In this document: positions 49,144 to 61,634 of the stretch, in pieces
How positions within the stretch are numbered: position 1 is the first letter of the stretch
How the letters are laid out: every line of letters starts with the position of its first letter
NCBI GenBank assembly: GCA_951406725.2
Contig: OX597814.1
Location: 75,392,001 to 75,456,000 of the forward strand
Length of the DNA: 64,000 nucleotides
DNA from: Octopus vulgaris
Taxonomy: Eukaryota
Direction: 5' to 3'
Translations under genes and position numbers: made by a program
The notes under the pieces: model-generated
Told to the model about the DNA's origin: nothing
Seen by the model: only the letters and a program-made list of their open reading frames with translations
Databases searched by the model: none

Positions 49144-51239
49144 ATCATCATCATCATCGTTTAACGTCCGTTTTCCGCGCTAGCACGTGTTGGATGGTTC
49201 GACCGGGGTCTGGGGAGCCAGGGGCTGCCCCAGGCTCCAGTCTGATCTGGCAGTGTTTCTACAGCTGGATGCCCTTCCTAACGCCAACCACTCCGTGAGT
49301 GTATTGGGTGCTTTTTACGTGCCACCTGCACAGGTGCCAGAGGGGTCTGGCATCGGCCACGATCGGTTGGAGCCTTTTTATGTGCCACCGGCACAGAAGC
49401 CAGTCAAGGCGGCGCTGGCATCGGCCACGTTCGGATGGTGCCTTTTTATGTGCCACCGGCACAGAAGCCAGTCAAGGCGGTGCTGGCATCGGCCACGTTC
49501 GGATGGTGCTTTATATGTGTCACCGGCACAGAAGCCATTCGAGGCGGGGTTGGCATCGGTCACGTTCAGATGGTGCTTTTTATGTGCCACCGGCACAGGC
49601 CACGTTCGGATGGTGCTTTTTATATGTCACCGGCACAGGTATCACAACTACTGTTTCCATTGATATTTGGTTCGATGTTCATGTACATGCACTTGACTCA
49701 ACAGGTCCCCTCAAGCACAGTGAGATGTTCCGGGATCCCACGATCGGTTGGTGCTTTTTATGTGCCACCGGCACAGAAGCTAGTCGAGGCGGTGCTGGCG
49801 TCGGCCACGCTCGGATGGTGCTTTTTATGTGCCACCGGCACAGAAGCCAGTCGGGGCGGTGCTGGTATCGGCCACGTTCGGATGGTGCTGCCACCGGCAC
49901 AGAAGCCAGTCGAGGCGGTGCTGGCGTCTTCCACGCTCAGATGGTGCTTTTTATGTCCCACCGGCACAGAAGCCAGTCGCGGCGGTGCTGGCATTGGCCA
50001 CGTTCGGATGGTGCTTTTTATGTGTCACCGGCACAGGTATCACAGCTACTGTTTCCATTGATATTTGGTTCGATGTTCATGTATATGCACTTGACTCAAC
50101 AGGTCTCCTCAAGCACAGCGAGATGTTCCGGGATACAAGGTACTTTGAATGGGCAGGTGGTATGCGGAACTGGTGCCGGAAGCATCCCGGATCTTAGTAG
50201 TCACAGCACATCTCCAGAGATCGCGGTCCTTCGCCATTGCCTCAGTGAGGCCCAACGCTCTGAGGTCATGCTTGACTACCTCATCCCATGTCTTCCTGGG
50301 TCTACCTCTCCCCCTGATTCCTTCAACTGTTTGGGAGTGGCACTTCTTCACACATCTCTCCTCATCCATCCGCAGTACATGACCATACCATCGCAAGCGT
50401 CGCTCTTGCACACCGCATCTGATGCTTCTTATGGCTAGCATTTCTCTCAGGGTGCTTACACTCTGTCGTGCATTCACACTGACATTACACATCCAGTGGA
50501 TCATGCTAGCTTCATTTCTTTCAAGTCTACGCATGTCTTCTGCAGTCACGGCCCATGTTTCACTGCCGTGAAGCATGGCAGTTCGCACACATGCATCATA
50601 CAATCTACCTTTCACTCTGAGTGAGTGACCCTTTGTCGCCAGTAGGGGTAGGAGCTTTCTAAACTTTGCCCAAGCTATTCGTATTCTAGTGGTGACACTC
50701 TCTGAGCATCCACCCCCACTACTAACTTGGTCACCCAGGTAGCGGAAACTATCAACTACTTCTAGTTTCTCCCCTGGAGTGTGATGGAATCTGTTTTTTG
50801 AGTGTCTGTGGTGTCTATTGTCCCTGTGCATCTGACGCACATGAAAGCTATCTTATCAGTTAATTTCCCTTTGATGTTGCTGCACCTCTTATGCGTCCAT
50901 AGCTTACACTGGGTGCATCTTATGGAGTTTCTACCTACACCTTTCCTACAGCTTGATCAGGGCCACCTGCCCGATGGGGTGTGTGCTGAGTTCGCCTTTC
51001 TGCATACTATAACTTTGGTCTTCGCTACATTTACTCTAAGGCCCTTTGATTCTAACCCTTGTTTCCACACCTGAAATTTCTTTTTTAGTTCCAGTAGTGA
51101 TTCTGCTATGAGGGCCAGGTCATCAGCATAGAGGAGCTCCCAGGGGCAACCTGTTTTGAATTCCTCTGTTATTGCCTGGAGGACTATGATGAATAAAAGG
51201 GGACTGAGGGCTGAGCCCTGGTGTACACCTACTTCTAAC

Positions 51240-51242
<3 letters not shown>
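49144..51242 (-). mobile_element. RTE LINE subfamily B, 5'-truncated in RT at a (TA)n tract, with duplicated 3' UTR
   Basis: (ATC)n tail, array of about 67-bp units, frameshifted ORF 50109-51242 including LLYADD and the Cys/His finger. C-terminal extension differs from subfamily A. Confidence 0.95.
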
Positions 51243-51278
<36 letters not shown>

Positions 51279-54200
51279 CATATCTGCCAATGCTTACAAA
51301 CAAGTGATCCTCAGTTAATTCTCTATCTATACAGCTAAGTTATACAAGCTATGTATTCATATACATACAATTCAGATAGGTGTAACAGTACCGGGCACCA
51401 AGCATATAATTCTATTACAATCAAAAGAACAAGCCAGCTAAAATTATTAACTCTATTTCCCTTACACACCAAGTCTTGAAAAAGAGAAGACACTTTGGAT
51501 AAAGCAACTCTACATACCTATTACTTGAGAAAAAGAGAGGATGGCCATGAGTGGAAAACTTTTGATGATAGCTTTACTCAGTGAAAGCTGATTCAGGGCT
51601 GAACAACAACTATCAGAAGATTGAAATAGATTTGCAAAATTTGCACACACTTCCATCACATGATCACGAGGAAACAGCAAGGATGACGAAATTTTTTTGT
51701 CAATAAATAAACTGATATTGAAAACTGAACAATTTAATAAAACTGAATAAAAATTGTTTTGTAAAAATATTCTATGAAATTAATACATATTCAAAGCAAT
51801 ATAATGCACATATATTAGCAATATTATTTATTTAAAGGCAAAAGCAATCATATTAAATAACTATTACTTAATCTAACATAAATATTACATATAAACAGTG
51901 CAATTTCTGGTATTAATTAGAGAACTAAAGTTTTGAATAAATATTTAAGAAAAACAATAGCACCATGTTACTTTCCCATGATTAACTGATTAACACTACT
52001 ATCAAGCAGCAAGAAACAACCTTATATATGCTAATAAAGATAAGTTCAAACAAAATTTAATGGATGGGTTTCTCTAATATTATATAATCAACATGTTGAA
52101 ATAGAGCAGACTGAACATTTGAGTAATTACAAAGGCAATTTAGATATTTAAACAGTAATTAAAATTCCATATTTCTGTACAAAGCTGTTACATCTACTTG
52201 AGTAAAAACAAAAATTCATAACAATGTAAACTTCAGTTTGAGAATCTGCATAGTTTCATAGACAAAAAAAATGTTACATAATGTAATTTACCATTTTGTA
52301 TGCTTGTTGTATAACATCACACTGTTCTGCACTCAAAATTTGTTCAAGTTATGTATACCTTTCATCCTCCAGAGTTGGTGGTAAAAAAAAATCAATCAGA
52401 GAATTCAAACTGACATCAACACAAACCCAGAAATCCTTAACCACAAGCTCAGTCAAAAGAAAACAACATTTCAGTGGCAAAATTTTCACAAAAAAATTAA
52501 CAAAAAACAAAGAAACAATAGTTTTCAGCACTAAAGAGGAGCCATTCACTTATATCTTCAATTCATAGTACAGAATTACTCAAAATGTTCATTGTATCTT
52601 TGTACTGTTGCAATGGTAAGGCTAGCAGTGTTATGCTGAACATGTATGCATGGAAGTAACGATTTTTAGATACTAAATGACATGATGATTTCATATATTA
52701 AACATCTCTTCATTCTACAATAAATAGTTAGACAGGAATAGATGAGGCAAGCTCAATCTCCATGAATCAAGAAACTGTCAGTAAAGAAGACCAGGAGTAA
52801 ATTAGTTTAACCTCAAAACACTGGAACATGAGATTAATCAATTCCATCATGCCATCAAAGACACCAAAGGTGTATCATTACTGAACATACATAAAATATA
52901 CATTAAGAAAAAAAATAAATGAGAATCATTGCATATCCATATGAAAATTATGGGAGAAAGCAGTCAATAGGTTTTGGATTTTCGATATTACATTTTATCA
53001 CCATGAACACCATCATCAGCTTTGTAGTGTAGATATAAATCTATTTGCAAAGAAAGAATTTATTTACTTTTTATTTATTTTTATTATTCATTTTTTATTT
53101 TATTTATCAATAAATTTTCTAGTAAGAATATCTTTCAAAATCATATGTACAAATAAATATATCACATTTTATTAAAGAAAACTGCATAAACCCATAAATC
53201 TTCAGTGCTTTCTTTTTCTAGTCTTTATCAAGCAAATTTAAAAATGGAAAACACACACACACACACTGTTGCCTAACATATTCTTGAACTGAATTGTCCT
53301 TCTTTCAGCAGTGAACATCTGACAACTAACTATACTATACTAGATGGAAATATGCAGCCTTTACACATGCAGATGCATATAATTCCTTTTTTTTTTTTTT
53401 CAAAACCTAAAGAATCAACTTCTTACATGCATATAATTCCGAAAGTTAAGAAATGCAGTTTCAAAAAAACTGAAAGGATCTTTTAAGAGGATTCATGACA
53501 ACTATCATAAGAATTTTAATGAAGTCAGGTGAGAATTTTAAAAAGTGCTGTAAATTTAATTTTGTATAGCAAGAATGCTACTTAATTTTGAATAATATAT
53601 TTCATAATAGTGACTATGTAATTAAAAAAAAAAGACTTCATGAAGCCAGAAATATATTTAACCTAATAAGGTTAAACTACATTATTTTATTTGATATTTC
53701 TAATGCACTAATTAACATATAAATGTAAAATTAATGAACTAGCTAACATTTAAAGCCTTCATTAAAATCTTCCAGCAAAAAGGAAAAAGACCATAAAAAG
53801 TAAGCTAAATTATATAATTCCTTATTCCATTTGATTGAGGTAAAAAAAAAAACTGGAAACCTGTTTCAAAAGTATAAAAGATCAGAAGTATTTAAAATAT
53901 ATATTGAAAATTCAACTTAGAAGCTTGTCTTGACTTGAAACTATGAACTGCTATTTTTATTTATTTGATTTGTAATTATATCTTTCATATGGAATATTAC
54001 TTTATCAATGTTACTTTACAAAAATTGCAATGCACAAGTCAGTCAAGAAAGCAAAAAACATTGGTACATATATTGGCATCTGGCGCAGCCTCTCAACTTA
54101 CCAGCCTTAGTCAAACTGTCCAATCCATGCCAGCATGGACAATAGACATTAAATGATGATGATGATAAAAGAAAGGTTACAATTATTATATCTACACATT

Positions 54201-57040
54201 ATGGATGAATAAACAATGCATTTTGAATAAAAATGTGTCAGAATTTTGATAGGCAGTTTATTTTAAAGCTCCAAGAAGTGGTTAAGACAGAATAGCAAAC
54301 CTCAAAGATGTGATAACACAAGCTTGATGTGCATTTTGTTGTATTACAGTCACAATCAAATGTACAATGATATGGAAAAATGGGTGCTAAAATGATAATG
54401 GTCATCCTAATTAGAAAATCAACCAATCAAAGAACACTTCAAATTAACATATTGTACAATAAGCTCAGCAGTAAAAGACTGCACTTCATTGTTTGACTGA
54501 CAATCTATACTAGGTCATTTTCCTGAAATGGAATCCTATCAATGTTCTATTAATTTTATATTGTTATCCATGATCCAATTCTCTGAAGCACTGAATATAT
54601 TACAATCAGTTAAACCTTGTCAGCAAAAGGTCAGGGTTTTGATTGTCCATGAATAACATTGCAGCTTTCTTTAGAATTTCAGTGTAGCCTGTTTCTTTCA
54701 CCTTTTGCAACAGATATCAAACATTCTTTGCTATTTGTAATAATGGTATCATGACTCAGGGAGAATGGTGAATACTTTAGAATACTTTACTGTTTTGTTC
54801 CTACATTTGTAATTCCATATTCTGTTTTATGGAGATTAGGATTAATGTGTCTCAGAATTATAGGCTCATTGGAAAATCTGATGCAATGCCACTATTCTTC
54901 ATGAAGAAAGTAATTCTCTTCAATCTCACTTTCTTTGTAACAACTGAATTCTGTGTTGGATGGCACATGAAATTCCTAGAAAAATATTCTTTGAAAATTT
55001 CTAACACCAACTGATATTTAATCTAACTTGTTTTGGGTTGGCAAATACTAAGTTTATAGATTTCTTTTCTTTCTTCTACTCACACCTCAATGATACTGAG
55101 AAAGAGAATATTATATATGTGTTTCAGTTAGGCAAGTTGGGCAAAAAAAAGCAATATGCCTTAACCCAGGGATTATAAATGCAGAGAGGATAAGTGGAGG
55201 ATGGAGGGTAAAAGAACTAATCGTTTTTATTTTGGCAAATTCTATTACCTGTTTTGTAATACATCTGTGTATAAAATACAACCATAAATATCAAAGATGA
55301 AGAGTGAAAAAGGATAGAGAAATATTTAAGAAGATAGCATACAAAAGATAAGTTGGTGTGTGGGGGGATAATGAGCAGTGCATCAGATGAAAAAAAGGGT
55401 AATGCTAAGGAGAGAAAATAGGAAACAAGGAGAAGGATTTTGAATGATAGAGTAAGAGAATGAAAATAGAAAAGTTAAATGAGAGAGATGGGAGCAAGAA
55501 ACAGGAAGGGGAAAGGAAGAGGGGAATAAGGGAAAGAAGACCAAGAAACTAAAGCAGCCACTTAAGGAATCAGGTAGAAAGAGTTAGAGAGGAATAAGGA
55601 AAAAGAAATAGGAAGAATAAGAGAGACAATATTAGTAATAAAGAGAGAAGTGGTAAACAGGAAGTGAAGGAAACTAAAATTGTGATGGTGAATCTAAAAT
55701 GAAAGCGATTATGCAATAATATTGAGTTTTTTCTGCTTCTCAACCCTAACACTTACATAACACATGTTATTGAGTAACATGCAGCACAAGTGACATATAC
55801 ATTTCAGTTGATATAAATTATTCTAAACAGTCTTGTCATTTCTATTGTGTGTGCATGTGTGTGTTTGAGATAGGAACATTAAAGAGTAATTCAGAATGCT
55901 TGCATATGTGAGCATATGGTTGTGCATTTTTTGTGAATGTGATTATTTGTGAGTGTGTCTTGGTGTATGTGTATGGTTTGTCTTTTGTTGATGTATGTAC
56001 ACACTTGATTGTTTTTTGTAAGTTGGTAAATGGTATTAGACATGCCAAAGAAATAGAAGTAAATAGATGTAAACACTTTCTAGTAAATATTTACAGTCAT
56101 TCATCCATCAAATCTATACACATGCATAAGCGCAAACAAAAACCATACACATGTGACAGAAGCCAATAATTTAAAGATATTGCTACTCTTAGTTTAGAAA
56201 TAAAGGAAACCAGTTTAAATTTAGTCTGAACATGGACATATCCAGGAATGAGACAGCCATTAACAATCATAGGTCTAACCACCTAAAATGTAATGTAAAT
56301 GTACATAGCAAATATATATTCTAAAGATTAAGTTGATAGGCTAGAAAATATTTTCAACTTCTATGTAACTCACCTCCAGCATAAGTGTGTAGTGAGAATG
56401 CTTATAAGTCTGTGTGCAAATAAAAATTAACATTAGTTTCAAATCACTTTCACCATGTTAGAGCCTGTTTTTTTTTTTTTATTTCTTCTTTAAATATAAC
56501 CCTTGTATGCAGTTTGACACTGTAGATGAAATTTTCCAAAGTTTTAATTTTGTCTATAATTGTTTGTCTTTCTGACTGTCAAATTGGTACATCAGACTAA
56601 GTTGAAAATTTGCTTCTTTTTTGTTTTTAATGAGAGAGAGAGATGTCTTCTCGGAAATATAAACAAAATGAACTAGGGCTGCTTATCATGAAAATGCATA
56701 AACAGACACACCACATATACTTTTGGAAAAAGAAACACAATCAAAATAGGAAAAACTCATAGGAACAGAATATTTGTGGAAATAATTGTTAGAGTTTTAA
56801 TGAACCATCTACTAGGAAAAAAAATAACATCTCAGGCTTCTCTCTTTGATGTACAGTAATAATAATCGATACCTCTCTAGGCATATGACTGGGATTAAGG
56901 TCAATAATGTTAACACACACATATATGTATGTATGTATATATATATATATGTATGTGTGTATGAGAGAGAAAGCAAACAAATTGTAGTTGTTGGTGATTG
57001 TGATAATGGTCAGTAATATATCTGACAATATGTAAAAATT

Positions 57041-57073
<33 letters not shown>

Positions 57074-57074
57074 A

Positions 57075-57183
57075 AAAAATACAAACTGGGACAGGAACGC
57101 AAAACATTTAGAAGACGATACAAAAAACACGGACGGGACATTCGAAGCCTTCAATCTTCAGTCAAGAACTGGATCATCTTCAC
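57075..57183. repeat. Short CpG-rich insert between (TG)n and (TA)n, unclassified TE end
   Basis: CpG-rich 110-bp segment bounded by microsatellites, unlike the CpG-poor background. Confidence 0.4.
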
Positions 57184-57199
57184 AAATATATATATATAT

Positions 57200-57410
57200 G
57201 TATGTTTGTGTTTGTGCGCACCCCCCACCCCCACATCGCTTGGCATCGATGCTGGTGTGTTTATGTTCCCATAACTTAGCGGTTTGGAAAAAGAGACCAA
57301 TAGAATAAGTACTAGGCTTTCAAAGAACAAGTCCCGAGGTCGATTTGCTTGACTAAAAGGTGGTGCTCCAGCATGGCCACAGTCACATGACTGAAACAAG
57401 TAAAAGAGTA
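57200..57410 (+). mobile_element. 3' half of tRNA-derived SINE
   Basis: cccataacttagcggtttggaaaaagagaccaatagaataagtactagg...ccagcatggccacagtc...gactgaaacaagtaaaagag. Confidence 0.85.
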
Positions 57411-58257
57411 TATATTTTTACAAAAGGAAAACAATATTTGTTCCCAGCTGAAATAATTGCTTAAAATTTTTACCAGAATGGCTGTAAAAACTACACTAAA
57501 TTCTGAGTGTATAACAATTTTATCTAACACTAAACCGTATTTAGAAGCACTTGATCATAGCAGGAGGTGATTTTTCTTCTTCCTTTTTCTCTTTTTATTT
57601 TCATTTAATGCATTAAGCTCAACTTAGCTTAGTTATTAATGGAAAGTAAATATATGTGATAGAAATGCTGACCAAGTGTAGTGAAATATTTATTCAATAT
57701 TAGCAATAAATGCATACTGATGAAAATGAAAATATTTTCATTAAATTGCTAGTCTTGATCAAATCATGTCATATATTGAACAAGCTACATTCTTAATTCG
57801 TATCCTTCTCCTCGTTAAGGATGATTTCCTAAAACTGTCAGTCTTAAAAGCTTTCACAAATATCAGAACATTTTCCAAGCAACGCTTGGAATTTCTCATG
57901 TTGCCCCTAAATCCAATTTCAACAAATTATGTACAATATTTGTTCTTTTGTATGTGCTGTGCGTTTTTGATATACAGGGGTAAGAAAAAACAACAAATTC
58001 TAGGAAAAAAATGTAAAGAAACATATTTACAAGTAGTTTATTTAACAACTGTAACAAACACATCAATGTATATATAGGTGTGGTGATGTGGTAAGAAGCT
58101 TGCTTCCCAACCACATGGTTCCAGGTTCAGTCCTACTGCGTGACACCTTGAGCAAGTGTCTTCTATTATAGCCTCAGGCCAACCAAAGTCTTGTGGGTGA
58201 ATTTAGTAGATGGAAACTGAAAGAGCCCACCATGTGTGTGTGTATGTATATATCTAT

Positions 58258-59876
58258 ATCATCATCGTTTAACATCCGTTTTCCGTGCTAGCACGGGTTG
58301 GACGGTTCGACCAGGGCCTGGGAAGCCAGGCGGCTGCACCAGGCTCCAGTCTGATCTGGCAGTGTTTCTATAGCTGGATGCCCTTCCTAATGCCAACCAC
58401 TCCGTGAGTGTAGTGGGTGCTTTTTACGTGCCACTGGCGCAGGCGCCAGGGGAGGCTGGCAGCGGCCACGATTGGTTGGTGCTTTTTACGTGCCACTGGC
58501 ACAGAAGCCAGTCAAGGCGGTGCTGGCATTGGCCACGTTCGGATGGTGCTTTTTATGTGCCACTGGCACAGGTATCACAACTACTATTTCCATTTGATAT
58601 TTATTTCGATGTTCATGTACTTGACTCAACAGGTCTCCTCAAGCACAGCAGGTCATTCTGCAATCCAAGGTACTTTGAATGGGCTGGGGATATGCGAAAC
58701 TGGTGCAGGAAGCAGCCCAAGTCTTTGCAGTCACAGCATATCTCCAGAGATCTCGGTCCTTCGGCATTGCCTCTGTGAGGCCCAACGCTCGGAGGTCATG
58801 CTTGACTACCTCATCCCATGTCTTCCTGGGTCTACCTCTCCCCCTGATACCTTCAACTGTTTGGGAGTGGCGTTTCTTCACACATCTCTCCTCATCCATC
58901 CGCAGTACATGACCATACCATCACAAGCGTCTCTCTTGCACACCACATCTGATGCTTCTTATGTTCAGCATTTCTCTCAGGGTGCTTACACTCTGTTGTG
59001 TGTGCACACTGACATTACACATCCAGCGGAATATGTTAGCTTCATTTCTTTCAAGTCTACGCATGTCCTCTGCAGTCACGGCCCATGTTTCACTACCGTG
59101 AAGCATGGCAGTTCGCACACATGCATCATACAATCTACCTTTCACTCTGAGCGAGAGACCCTTTGTCGCCAGTAGAGGTAGGAGCTTTTTAAACTTTGCC
59201 CAGGCTATTCGTATTCTAGTGGTGACACTCTCTGAGCATCCACCTCCACTACTAACTTGGTCACCTAGGTAGCAGAAACTATCAACTACATCTAGTTTCT
59301 CCCGAAGGAGTGTGATGGAATCTGTTTCCTGAGTATCTGTGGTGTCTATTGTCCCTCTGCATCTGCTGCACTTGAAAGCTATCTTATCAGTTAATTTCCC
59401 TTTGATGTTGCTGTACCTCTTATGCGTCCAAAGCTTACACTGAGTACAAATTATGGAGTTTCTACCTACACCTTTCCTACAGATCGAGCAGGACCACCTG
59501 CCCAAGGGTGTGTGTGATGAGTTCGCCTTTCTGCTTACTATAACTTTGGTCTTTGCTACATTTACTCTAAGGCCCTTTGATTCTAAACCTTGCTTCCACA
59601 CCTAAAATTTCTTTTCTAGTTCCGGAGAGCTGGCAGAAACATTAGCACGCCAGGCGAAATGCATAGCCATATTTCGTCTGCCATTACATTCTGAGTTCAA
59701 ATTCCGCCGAGGTCGACTTTGCCTTTCATCCTTTCGGGATCGATAAATTAAGTACCAGTTATGTACCAGTTAATCGACTTAATGCATTTGTCTGTCCTTG
59801 TTTGACCCCTCTGTGTTTAGCCCCTTGTGGGTAGTAAAGAAATAGGGAGTGATTCTGCTATGAGGGCCAGGTCATC
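58258..59876 (-). mobile_element. RTE LINE subfamily B, 5'-truncated at the YADD region, 3-unit array
   Basis: ORF pieces 58639-58899 and 58921-59601 separated by a CGA>TGA stop. Homology resumes at 59848-59876 after a SINE insertion and ends at a TA-rich tract. Confidence 0.94.
59624..59847 (+). mobile_element. Young SINE inserted into the RTE
   Basis: gagctggcagaaac...gagttcaaattccgccgaggtcgactttgcctttcatcctttcg...aagaaatagg interrupts RTE sequence that is contiguous in the copy at 51081-51125. Confidence 0.9.
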
Positions 59877-59911
59877 TATATATAAATACATACATATATA
59901 TATATATATAT

Positions 59912-59960
59912 ATCATCATCATTTAGCGTCCGCTTTCCATGCTAGCATGGGTTGGACGGG
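59912..59960 (-). mobile_element. About 50-bp RTE extreme 3' end within (TA)n
   Basis: atcatcatcatttagcgtccgctttccatgctagcatgggttggacgg flanked by (TA)n on both sides. Confidence 0.85.
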
Positions 59961-60020
<60 letters not shown>

Positions 60021-61393
60021 TATATATATCTATGCATATGCTTGTGTGTCTGTGTTTGTCCCCCAACCATCACTTGACAACTGATGTTGGTGTATTTACA
60101 CTCCCGTAACTTAGAGGTTTGGCAAAAGAGACCAATAGAATAAGTACAAGGCTTACAAAGAATGTCTTAGGGTCAATTTGTTTGACTAAAGGCATGCTCC
60201 AGCATGGCTACAGTCAAAAGACTGAAACATATAAAAGAATATATATATAGGCTAAGATTCTGCATGAGTCTGATGTAAATCAATGATATTAAAGATCAAT
60301 ATAGTATTTGTCCTACTTATGGATAGTGTCCAGTCTTTAGCCATACATTTTCAAGTAGAATGCTAATCAAATATCCAAGTGATCATATGATATTTACACA
60401 AAGGTACATATTTCTTTTCCATAAGACTACACTAAATCTTCATACACAGAAATCTACAATTCATGGAACATTAGCAACAGTGATTAATATGATGTAATAA
60501 AAGATATTTGACATGTTCTAGGTTTGTATATGTTGGCTTCTTTTGAAATAAAGATAATTTTGAGAGAGAGAAGGGAGAGAGGGAGAAAGATAGGGAGTGA
60601 GAGAGAGAGAGAGATAGTGCAAATAGACAAAGAGTAGAAGAGAGTGAAAAAGAAAATTTCTAGCAAATATGTTATTTTAATGAGATCATCTTTTTTAAGA
60701 TTAAAAATAGAAATGGATTGACTTGTATATGAAATTTTTTTTTATCAACATTAAAATATGTTGTTAAAACTAGACTTGATCAATAAATATAAATAAGGAG
60801 TAGGAGACACTTCTAAATAATAGAAAAATAAATGACAAAGTTAAGGTAAACTCTATAAGAAACTTTAAAATATAGTAAAATACTGAAAAAAAAACAAACA
60901 GATGCACTCACTGTAAACAATTCTACACAAACCTTACCAATAAATCAGTTACTATGCAGCTACTTCATTTACTAGATATAGCAACCTATATCCCTCAAAT
61001 CTCACTTGAATGTCTTGCCAAAAGGAAAAAAAGATAGGGGAGGTTCATGGTTGGACTACTTTTGATTGCAGGTCTAGGTGATCAGCACAGGCCTGGGAAC
61101 TAAACAGCAGCAGCAAAGAAATATCTTGTAGGCTAAACTTCTAACATTAATACCAGTAAGCCAACAGCATACGACATAAAATTAAGCTCTTTTAAAATAT
61201 CTTGATGTGCAAAATTAAAAATAAGAATATGATTTTAAAGAGTTGTTTTAAATTCAACAACAGCAATAATAATGTATCAGTTAAAAAATGTGCTCCTCAT
61301 TCTAACTGTGATTTAATTAATAGCAAATGCTGTGCAATAATTTATGTAAAGACATCCAATAAAGTCATGTATAAATATTGCTATGAATTTTAG

Positions 61394-61634
61394 CACAAAG
61401 GGGAAGGCTGTTAGTCAATTACATTGACCCAAGTACTTGACTGGTTCTTCATTTAATTGAACCCAAAGGATGAAAGGCAAAGCTGACCATGGCAAGGGCA
61501 TCCAGCTGTAGAAACCAAGCCAGATCAGACTGGAATCCAGGGCAGCTCTTCTGCTTGCCAGCTCTGATCAAACCACTCAACCCATACCAGTATAGAAAAT
61601 GGACATTAAAGGAAGATGATGATGGCAATGATGA
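61394..61634. mobile_element. Fused fragments: minus-strand SINE (61394-61495) and plus-strand RTE tail (61495-61634)
   Basis: ggatgaaaggcaaag (SINE core, reverse) joined to aagggcatccagctgtagaaac...ggacattaaa...gatgat. Confidence 0.7.

Larger units (their letters stand above)
58077..60240 (+). mobile_element. tRNA-derived SINE split at its internal microsatellite by later insertions (5' half 58077-58250, 3' half 60040-60240)
   Basis: The two halves are collinear with the intact copies at 18895-19230 and 33115-33462. Confidence 0.85.

Noticed and set aside
49299-50438. 379-aa ORF with repeated CHRHRSQ motifs
   Set aside because: Antisense translation of the RTE 3' UTR array, with no evidence of a real protein.
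57135-57170. Minus-strand CTGAAGA followed by a small hairpin
   Set aside because: Followed by GAAT rather than GAAA and lacks stem I and III pairing.
57714-57745. CTGATGAAAATGAAAATATTTTC
   Set aside because: No stem II or stem I. Expected by chance in AT-rich DNA.
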